From: Candidatus Marinacidobacterium sp. | GTDB lineage: Bacteria > Acidobacteriota > Vicinamibacteria > Marinacidobacterales > Marinacidobacteraceae | DNA length: 64,000 nucleotides | NCBI GenBank assembly: GCA_965204755.1 | Contig: OZ242011.1 | Coordinates: 2,400,001-2,464,000 of the forward strand | Direction of reading: 5' to 3' | Part shown: one piece after another, positions 14,200-21,710 of the stretch | Position numbering within the stretch: position 1 is the stretch's first letter | Layout of the letters: each line of letters begins with the position of its first letter | Notes under the pieces: generated by a model | The model's input: only the letters and a program-made list of their open reading frames with translations | Databases searched by the model: none | Told to the model about the DNA's origin: nothing | Position numbers and translations under genes: made by a program

Positions 14200-15371
14200 C
14201 GCTGTTTCCCGCGGGCTTCCCCGCCCGCTTCTTCGCCCGCCTGCTCACGCCGGCGCTGTCGGCTGCGTTCGCCTTCGCGCCCGCGGCGCCGGCCTTCTCG
14301 GAAGACCCGGCGCCGCCGAAGCGGAACTACTTCGTCTATGTCTGCGCCGAGTCCGACGACACGGTGCACCTGCTTCGCTACGGCCCCGGCGGCCTCGACG
14401 AAGTCGACGAGATCACCGTCGGCAGTTTCCCGACGGAGACGGAAGGGCCGCACGGGATCCGCATCTCCCCGGACGGCCGCCACTGGTATCTCTCCATCGC
14501 GCACGGAATGCCGTTCGGCTCGCTCCACAAGTACGAGACCGGAACGAACGAATGGCTCGGGGACGCCACGCTCGGGATGTTCCCGGCGACGATGGACATT
14601 TCGCCGAGCACCGGGCTCCTCTATGTGGTGAACTTCAACCTCCACGGCGACATGGAGCCGAGCACGATCTCGGTGGTGGAGACCGGCACCATGATCGAAG
14701 TGGCGACCATCGCCACCGGGGTCATGCCGCACGGCGCGCGCGCCGACCGCAGCGGCAGCCGGATCTACTCGGTGAACATGATGGACGACGAACTCGTCGA
14801 AGTGGATACCGCGCGGTTCGAGATCGCCCGCCGGCTCCCGCTCGGAACGGATCCGCACGCCGGTCACACCGGCATGGCCCATTCGGCCATGGACGACGGC
14901 GGAGACATGGGCGGCATGAGGATGCCGGTCGTGAAACCCACCTGGGCGACGAGCCCGACGCCCGCCGGCAAGGTCTATGTGGCCGGGAACGGCGACAGCG
15001 CGATCTACGAAGTGGATCTCGACGACTGGAACATCTCCCGCCGTTTCGACGCCGGCCCGGGCGAAAACCCCTACAACCTGGAAGCGACTTCCGACGGGGG
15101 GGTGCTGGTCGCCACCAACAAGTCCGGCTCGAAGGTCGTCTTCTGGGACCTCGACTCCGGCGAAGTGATCGCCGCTCCCGAGACCACCCGGCGCGTGCCG
15201 CACGGCGTGGTCGTTTCCGACGACGACCGCTACGCCTTCGTGACCCTGGAAGGCGTAGGCGGCGAGCCGGGAACGCTCGAGGTCTATGACATCGGCGCCG
15301 CGACGCGGGTCGCCGACATCGCCGTGGGCAAACAGGCCGGCGGCATCGCCTTCTGGAAGGCCGAGCCGTGA
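14196..15371 (+). CDS. Exported YncE/YVTN-like beta-propeller with His/Met-rich loop
   Basis: TTG start overlaps upstream stop; signal peptide; GPHGIRISPDGR, MPHG and VPHGVVVS repeats. Confidence 0.8.
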   Translation: MTLFPAGFPARFFARLLTPALSAAFAFAPAAPAFSEDPAPPKRNYFVYVCAESDDTVHLLRYGPGGLDEVDEITVGSFPTETEGPHGIRISPDGRHWYLSIAHGMPFGSLHKYETGTNEWLGDATLGMFPATMDISPSTGLLYVVNFNLHGDMEPSTISVVETGTMIEVATIATGVMPHGARADRSGSRIYSVNMMDDELVEVDTARFEIARRLPLGTDPHAGHTGMAHSAMDDGGDMGGMRMPVVKPTWATSPTPAGKVYVAGNGDSAIYEVDLDDWNISRRFDAGPGENPYNLEATSDGGVLVATNKSGSKVVFWDLDSGEVIAAPETTRRVPHGVVVSDDDRYAFVTLEGVGGEPGTLEVYDIGAATRVADIAVGKQAGGIAFWKAEP

Positions 15372-15445
15372 CCCGCAGCGCGAATCCCCCATCCCGCGAG
15401 GCGACTTCGCCCGCTTCCGGGCGCACCCCGCCCGAGGAGGAACCC

Positions 15446-17548
15446 ATGCTCCCGACGCGAAACCCCAAGCGAAACCCCAGGCGAAACACCTGCCGCCGCC
15501 CGGCGCGGCGCCTCCTGCCGCTGGCCGTCCTCCTGCTCCTCGCGCCCGGACTCGCCGCCGCGCAGGAAGAGGAAGAGGGAGAACCGGCCGGCCCGCAGCC
15601 GACCGAACTGGTGGTCACCCCCTCCGAAGTCGAACTCGAAGTCGGGGACACGCTGACGCTCGCGGCGGAAGTGCTCGACGAGAACGGGGAGGCGATGGAC
15701 CGCACGGTGGTCTTCTACTCGCGCCGCCGCCGTTCCGTCGGGGTGAACCCGGCCGGAATCGTCGAGGCGTACCGGCCGGGAGAACACACGCTGATCGCCA
15801 TGGTGCCGCGGGATCCGGAAGACACGGACCGCCGCGCCGAGCCGGCGGTAGTCGTCGAGATCCCGGTGACGATCCCGAATCCGCCGGTCGCTTCCGTTTC
15901 GGTGACGAACCTTCCCGGCCACCTCTACGCCGGCACCGAGATCGCGCTGGCGACCGAGGTCGAAGACATCTCCGGGGCGAAGCGCAACGATGTGGAAGTT
16001 TCCTTCTCCGCCGTGGACGGATCGGTTGCGGAAGTGAACGCCCTCGGCGTCCTCACGCTGACCGGCGAAGGCGCCACCACGCTGACGGTCATGGCGGAAG
16101 ACGCCTCCAGCGAGGTGGAGATCACGGTAACCGCGAACCCCGTCGCGGAGATCACCCTCTCCGCGAGCGAGAGCGGGCCCGCGCGCACCGGTGATGTCGT
16201 CTTCTTCACCGCGGAGGCGAAGGACGCGAGCGGCAACCCGGTTCCGGAGTACCCGATCCAGTTCGCCACCTTCGGCGTTCCGGCCGACGGCATCGTCGCT
16301 CCCGGGGCGATCGGCCAGGTCGGGGCGGACGGCGCGTTCGTCGCCGAGCGCTCCGGCACGCATACCGTCGTCGCCGACGGCTTCACCCGCTCGGCCACCG
16401 CCACGCTCGGCGTCGTCTCCCGGAATGTCCGGAAGGGAGTGGAAGTCGTCGGGCAGGCGCCGGTGCGCGACCGGCATACCTCCGACCTCTGGATCTGGGA
16501 AGGCGCGGACGGGCGCGACTACGCGGTCACCGGCACCTGGGGCGCCGACGGACACGCCTACTTCTGGGATGTGACCGATCCGGCGGCGATGAGCCTCATC
16601 GACACGGTGCGCGTGGATGCCCGCACGGTGAACGATGTCAAGATCTCCGAAGACGGCAAGTTCTGCGTCATCAGCCGCGAAGGCGCTTCGAACCGGAAGA
16701 ACGGCTTGGTCATCCTCGATGTGAGCGATCCGCAGACCGGGGTGCAGGTCATCGCCCGGTACGACGATCAACTCACCGGCGGCGTCCACAATGTGTTCAT
16801 CGCCGAGGACCACATCTACGCGCTCTCCGCCGGCCGGCGCTACGACATCATCAACGCCGAGGACCCGACGAATCCCTACCGCGTCGGGCGTTTCGAGTTG
16901 GATACCCCCGGGCACTCCATCCACGATGTGTGGGTCGAGGACGGCATCGCCTACTCCTCGAACTGGACCGACGGCGTGGTGGCCGTGGATGTCGGCGGCG
17001 GCGGCATGGGCGGCGCGCCGAACAACCCGGTGCTGCTCGGCAGCACGCCGTACCCGAGCGGCTGGAACCACGCGGCCTATCCCTACCGCAGCCAGTCCAC
17101 CGGGAAGTTCCTGATGATCGGCGGCGACGAGGCGTTCCCCTACCAGACGATGGAGGGAGACGACACGCCGGGCCGGGCCGCCGGCTGGATCCACATCTTC
17201 GAGTGGGACGACTGGGACAACCCGAAGGAAGTGGCGCGCTACCAGGTGCCGGAAGCGGGGACGCACAACCTCTGGGTGGAGGACGACATCCTCTACATCG
17301 CTTACTACAACGCCGGCCTCCGCGTGGTGGACATCTCCGGCGAGTTGCGCGGCGACCTCTACCGGCAGGGGCGCGAGATCGCCATGTTCCTCCCGCAGGA
17401 CCCGGAGAGTTTCATCCCGAACGCGCCGATGGCCTGGGGGCCGCAGCCCTACAAGGGGCACATCTTCGTGGCCGACCACAACTCCGGGCTGTGGGCGGTG
17501 AAACTGGTGGACGCCGAGCCGATCGATCTCGGCGAGCCGCAGGACTGA
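15446..17548 (+). CDS. Exported Ig-like plus LVIVD-repeat beta-propeller protein (paralogue 2)
   Basis: GAGGAGG RBS before ATG 15446; collinear and highly similar to 12103-14199. Confidence 0.82.
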   Translation: MLPTRNPKRNPRRNTCRRPARRLLPLAVLLLLAPGLAAAQEEEEGEPAGPQPTELVVTPSEVELEVGDTLTLAAEVLDENGEAMDRTVVFYSRRRRSVGVNPAGIVEAYRPGEHTLIAMVPRDPEDTDRRAEPAVVVEIPVTIPNPPVASVSVTNLPGHLYAGTEIALATEVEDISGAKRNDVEVSFSAVDGSVAEVNALGVLTLTGEGATTLTVMAEDASSEVEITVTANPVAEITLSASESGPARTGDVVFFTAEAKDASGNPVPEYPIQFATFGVPADGIVAPGAIGQVGADGAFVAERSGTHTVVADGFTRSATATLGVVSRNVRKGVEVVGQAPVRDRHTSDLWIWEGADGRDYAVTGTWGADGHAYFWDVTDPAAMSLIDTVRVDARTVNDVKISEDGKFCVISREGASNRKNGLVILDVSDPQTGVQVIARYDDQLTGGVHNVFIAEDHIYALSAGRRYDIINAEDPTNPYRVGRFELDTPGHSIHDVWVEDGIAYSSNWTDGVVAVDVGGGGMGGAPNNPVLLGSTPYPSGWNHAAYPYRSQSTGKFLMIGGDEAFPYQTMEGDDTPGRAAGWIHIFEWDDWDNPKEVARYQVPEAGTHNLWVEDDILYIAYYNAGLRVVDISGELRGDLYRQGREIAMFLPQDPESFIPNAPMAWGPQPYKGHIFVADHNSGLWAVKLVDAEPIDLGEPQD

Positions 17549-17581
17549 CGGCGGGCCACCGGCGGCGACGGGCGTAATCCG

Positions 17582-18037
17582 ATGAAACTCGCGCACACGC
17601 TCAGTTGGGCGGTCTTCGCGCTGCTCGGCGCGGTGACGCTCGCGGCTTCGCTCGGCTCGGTTTTCGCCGCCTATCTCGACCCGAGCGGCGACCTGATCGC
17701 CGGGAAGTACACACCCGGCGAGGTCGCCGACGGGGATGCGGAGATCGCCACCGCCCTCTCCGCCCGCCGGGGCACCGCCGCGGCGTTCGGCGTTTCCTAC
17801 GGAATCCTCCTCCTGGGCGTCGCGCTCGGGCCGTACCGGAAGCGCCGCCAGGCGCGCGCGGCGTTCGTCCTGCTCCTGCTCGCCACCGTGGCGAACGCCG
17901 CGGTCATCCTGCTGCGCGTGCCGCTGCTCGCGGTGAACTTCGGCGTGGGGCCGGCCATCATCCCGCTGCTGCTCGTGACGGCGGCGGCGGTCACCGGCGT
18001 ACTCGCGAAGAACCACGCTCCCGCCGGGAGCGCCTGA
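17582..18037 (+). CDS. Hypothetical 4-TM membrane protein
   Basis: Four hydrophobic segments; co-oriented in the operon. Confidence 0.65.
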   Translation: MKLAHTLSWAVFALLGAVTLAASLGSVFAAYLDPSGDLIAGKYTPGEVADGDAEIATALSARRGTAAAFGVSYGILLLGVALGPYRKRRQARAAFVLLLLATVANAAVILLRVPLLAVNFGVGPAIIPLLLVTAAAVTGVLAKNHAPAGSA

Positions 18038-18051
18038 AGACCGATTCGCTG

Positions 18052-18579
18052 ATGGGCTCGGGCGCCGACGCCGCTTCCGGCGGCGCCCGGCCCCCGATGA
18101 AGCGCCATCCGAGTCTGGTCCCCCTCTCCCGGGACCACCACCACGGGCTGGTGATGGCCCGGCGGCTGATCCTGGGAGGGCCGTCCACTCCGCGGGACGA
18201 TTGGCCGCGCGCCCCCGAGGAGCAGGCGAGCCGCCTGATCGCGTTCTACGAGTCCGCGTTGCGGCCGCACTTCGAAGCCGAAGAAGCGCAGGTCTTCCCT
18301 CTCGCCGCCGAGCGGCTGGCCGACGGGCCGGCCCGCGTCGAGGCCCTGGTCGCCCAGCACCGGATGATGACCGGGATGATCGAAGACCTGCGCGCCGACC
18401 TGCGGTCGGGGATCGAAAAACGCCTGGCCGCCTTCGGCGAGTTGCTGCGCGACCACATCCACGACGAGGAGCGGATCCTCTTCGAACGGATGCAGGCCGA
18501 GTGCGGCGAGGAAGAGATGGAGGCCCTCGGTTCCCGCCTCGCCGCCGGCGCGGCGTCCGCGCCCGCCTGCGCGCGCTGA
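18052..18579 (+). CDS. Hemerythrin-domain protein
   Basis: LSRDHHHGL, HFEAEE, QH and HIHDEERILF motifs. Start may be 18097. Confidence 0.85.
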   Translation: MGSGADAASGGARPPMKRHPSLVPLSRDHHHGLVMARRLILGGPSTPRDDWPRAPEEQASRLIAFYESALRPHFEAEEAQVFPLAAERLADGPARVEALVAQHRMMTGMIEDLRADLRSGIEKRLAAFGELLRDHIHDEERILFERMQAECGEEEMEALGSRLAAGAASAPACAR

Positions 18580-18781
18580 AGTCGCGGGTCGGGGGACGAG
18601 GGAACGGAAGTTCGATCGGGACTTCGAACCGGCGAGCAGGCAGGGGCGCCGGCCTGCTGCGGGTCGGCGCCCGTCCGCCGAGGCGGGGCGGAGAGCGCGG
18701 GAGCGCCGCCGGGCGGACCGGGCGCGACGGGTCCCGGGGCGCCTCGCGCCCGGCGCTGAGGAGCGCTCGACGCCCCGCGGG

Positions 18782-21520
18782 TCAGGTGGCGTTCGTGCGG
18801 ATGTGGGCCGGCATGGAGGCCACGATCGCCTGGTTCCGGGCGCTGTCCCAGAAGTAGTAGATCCGCAGGCACCGCTTCGGGTCGTGGGTGGAGCCGCCGC
18901 TCTTCAGGTGCCAGTCCACCCGGCGGTTCTTGCCCCGCCATTTCACCGAGAAGGCGTCGCCGCCGCAGCGGGCGTTGTGGACCCCGTTCTCGACGGTCTC
19001 CCGCCGATCCTCGGGCCGGCGCCCCATCCGGCGGTCGCGGAAGTCGTTCGCCAGCCAGAGCAGACACCGAGCGGCGAGCGGCACATCCGCGAACTGCGCC
19101 CGCTTGACCTCCCGGTGGGCGCGGGGAGTGAGCAGCACTCGCCCGGCCAGTTGCGTCTCGCACCAGTCGTTGAACTGCGCCCACTCGGTGGGGAGCGGGG
19201 CTTCGGGTTCCGGGTCTTCCCCGAGGTCGCGCAGCCGGTCGGCGAGCGCCTGCTGCTGTGAGATGGAGAGGTCGAACCGCCGCTCCGCGTCGTCGGCGCG
19301 CTCCCGCGCGTCGTCGAGTTCGTCGGAGTACTTCGTCTTCTCCTGCTCGGCGCGGTCGAGCAGCCGCTCCAGATCGGCCGCCCGGACTCCGAGCGCGCGC
19401 TTGTCCTTCTCCAGCCGCGCGAGTTCCGCCGGGTCCGGCGGCGCCGGCTCCGGCGCGGGCGGCGGTTCGGGCTCCGGGAGGGCGGGGCGCGGTTCCGGCA
19501 GCGCCGCGGGCGCCTTCTTCGGCCCACCGAAGAAGAGGTAGCGGAGCCGCGCGAAGAACCCCGCCGGCGGCGGCAGCGCGGGAGTGGCCGGGATCCCTTC
19601 CGGCGCCGGCTCGGCCGAAGTCGGCGGCGGCGCGGCCGTCGGTGGAGCCGCCGTCGGCGCCGGGGCGGGGGCCGGAGCCGGTCGGAGCGCCGGTGTTGGG
19701 GGTGGCGCGGCCGGTGGCCCCGGGGTCGCCGGAATCGCGGCCGGCGGCGGCGCGGGGGCCGGAGCGGGGGCGCCGTCCGGATAGGCGGCCGGCGGGTAGC
19801 CGACCGGCGGGTCGGCGCTCGATCGGGCGGCGGGAGGGTAGGGATCGGCCGCCTCGAACTCGGGGCGCCGACTGCGGTGCGGCGGGCGGGTCGGACGCGG
19901 CGGCCCTTCCGCCGGTCGGGTGGCGCCGGCCCGCGGGTAAGGCCGCGGTTCCCGGTAGATGCGGGAGCGTTCGGGCGGCTCCGGGGAAGGGATCGTCGGC
20001 GGACGGGCCTCGGAAGTCGGGCGCCGCGCGGGCGCGCTTCTCACGGACCGCGCCCAGAAGGGTTGTTCCTCCGGAGTCTCCTCCGCCTCCGCCGGGACTC
20101 CGCCCGGGCGTCCGGCTGCGGGTTCGAGCCGCGCGGTCGAGGGGGTCTCGACCGGCCCGAGCGGCAGCGGGGGAGCGGCCTCCGCGGGCTGCTCCTCGGG
20201 TGGGCGGGCCGCCGCCGCGATCGGGGGCGGGGCGCCGGCGGGCGCGGTCGCTTCGGGTTGCGGGGGGGCCACCGCCTGCGGGGGTGCCACCGGCTGCCGG
20301 GGGGCAACCGGCTGCGGCGGGACGACCGGCTGCGCCTGGGCCACCGGCTGCGGCGGGACGACCGGCTGCGCCTGGGCCACCGGCTGCGGGGGGACAACCG
20401 GCTGCGCCTGGGCCACCGGCTGCGGGGGGACAACCGGCTGCGCCTGGGCCACCGGCGGCTGCTGCGCCATCGGGGGCGCCGCCGCAGCCGGCGGAGCGGC
20501 GGGAGGCGGCGCCGCCGGAGCGGGATCGGCGGCGGGCGCGGGCGCCTCCGCCTCGACCGCCGCCCGGGCGGTCCGGTACTCGTTCGCGAGCCGCTGCACT
20601 TCCTCGAACGGCATCTCCGCCTGCCGTTCCAAACTCATCTGCGCCACCGTCTCCAGGATCTGGTTCGTGGTGAGTTCGATCCCGCTCGGGTTCGAGAGGC
20701 TGAGCCCGAGGAACAGCCGGTGGTCCCACTCGCTCGAGTTCGGGTGGAACCCGGGGTTGTAGATGCGCACCGCCCCTTGGTACACCGAGTGCCGCCGCCC
20801 GAAGCGGTCCGTGAGCCGCCAGGCGAATTCGGCCGGGATCACCACCACCGTGGCGAGGCCGATGCAGGCGCGGGCGAGCGCGTCCGGCTCGATGAGGGGG
20901 CCGTGCGGGTCGTCGGCGTCGTCCGGCACGGAGAGCGCGACGATGGGCAGCCCCCGCGCGGAGTCCGTGAGCCGGGCGCAGAGCCAGTCGGCGTCCGCGT
21001 TGGAGCCCACGGTCCACGCGGTTCCGGTCACCGGCTCGCCGAACTGCCGGAGTTCGAGCACGGAAGCGAGCCGCGTGGCCACATCGGGAACCTTCGGGGT
21101 GAGCGGCCGGAGCCCCGCCCCGTTCGACGACCGCAGCAGGCGCAGGTGGAACACCGGCGGGCTCCCCGGCATCCAGCCGACCCCGGTCTCGGTGACCCAC
21201 GCCTCGGCGGGCGCGCTCGGGTCCGGCGTCCTCAGCCGGACCGCCCAGAAATCGTTGTCCTCCCGCAGCACCCGCACCGCCTGGCACCGGATCGCGCCGT
21301 GCCGGATATCGAAGGTGCCGTGATCGGTGGCCTCCTCGGGCAATTTGCCCGGCACCCGCGAAGCGATCCACTCGTGGATGGTCGTTCGGCAGGTATGCGC
21401 CGCTATCCGGTCGTCGTCCGCCTCGATCTGGGCGGCGAACCGGAGAACGCCCTCCTCGCGCGCCTCCCGGGTGGCGGCGATGGAATCGTGCAATGCCTTG
21501 AATGAATCGAAACGAGCCAT
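18782..21520 (-). CDS. Uncharacterised multidomain protein: globular N-terminus, Pro/Ala-rich linker, coiled coil, possible RelE-like C-terminus
   Basis: ATG 21520 lies downstream of AT-rich TATTAAT. Coiled coil LARLEKDKRAL...LRDL; tail WHLKSGG..DPKRCLRIYYFWD..IVASMPAH. Confidence 0.7.
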   Translation of the reverse strand: MARFDSFKALHDSIAATREAREEGVLRFAAQIEADDDRIAAHTCRTTIHEWIASRVPGKLPEEATDHGTFDIRHGAIRCQAVRVLREDNDFWAVRLRTPDPSAPAEAWVTETGVGWMPGSPPVFHLRLLRSSNGAGLRPLTPKVPDVATRLASVLELRQFGEPVTGTAWTVGSNADADWLCARLTDSARGLPIVALSVPDDADDPHGPLIEPDALARACIGLATVVVIPAEFAWRLTDRFGRRHSVYQGAVRIYNPGFHPNSSEWDHRLFLGLSLSNPSGIELTTNQILETVAQMSLERQAEMPFEEVQRLANEYRTARAAVEAEAPAPAADPAPAAPPPAAPPAAAAPPMAQQPPVAQAQPVVPPQPVAQAQPVVPPQPVAQAQPVVPPQPVAQAQPVVPPQPVAPRQPVAPPQAVAPPQPEATAPAGAPPPIAAAARPPEEQPAEAAPPLPLGPVETPSTARLEPAAGRPGGVPAEAEETPEEQPFWARSVRSAPARRPTSEARPPTIPSPEPPERSRIYREPRPYPRAGATRPAEGPPRPTRPPHRSRRPEFEAADPYPPAARSSADPPVGYPPAAYPDGAPAPAPAPPPAAIPATPGPPAAPPPTPALRPAPAPAPAPTAAPPTAAPPPTSAEPAPEGIPATPALPPPAGFFARLRYLFFGGPKKAPAALPEPRPALPEPEPPPAPEPAPPDPAELARLEKDKRALGVRAADLERLLDRAEQEKTKYSDELDDARERADDAERRFDLSISQQQALADRLRDLGEDPEPEAPLPTEWAQFNDWCETQLAGRVLLTPRAHREVKRAQFADVPLAARCLLWLANDFRDRRMGRRPEDRRETVENGVHNARCGGDAFSVKWRGKNRRVDWHLKSGGSTHDPKRCLRIYYFWDSARNQAIVASMPAHIRTNAT
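20270..20460 (-). repeat. Intragenic tandem repeat, 18-bp period with 36-bp superunit (QPVAQAQPVVPP)
   Basis: ACCGGCTGC recurs every 18 bp from 20289 to 20433; four near-identical 36-bp units. Confidence 0.9.
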
Positions 21521-21710
21521 GAAACGGTCTCTCCAATGTCCTCCAGAATCCAACCCTCCGGCAATTAATAGCAACAGCCGGGCGATCGCCCTCCCCGGCC
21601 GGCCGCCGGAACACCGGCGGGGCGGCTCCCGGTCGGGCTGCCCGCCGCGCCGAAGCGGTGCCGCCGGGGGCGCGGGAACGACCGCTCCCGCTTGGTATTC
21701 TCGGCGGCGC

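Noticed and set aside
15457-15490. 12-bp repeat GCGAAACCCCA(A/G) x~3
   Set aside because: In-frame, within a signal-peptide n-region; no further evidence of function.
18580-18781. Structured ncRNA between convergent genes
   Set aside because: Only weak GC hairpins; no recognisable family.
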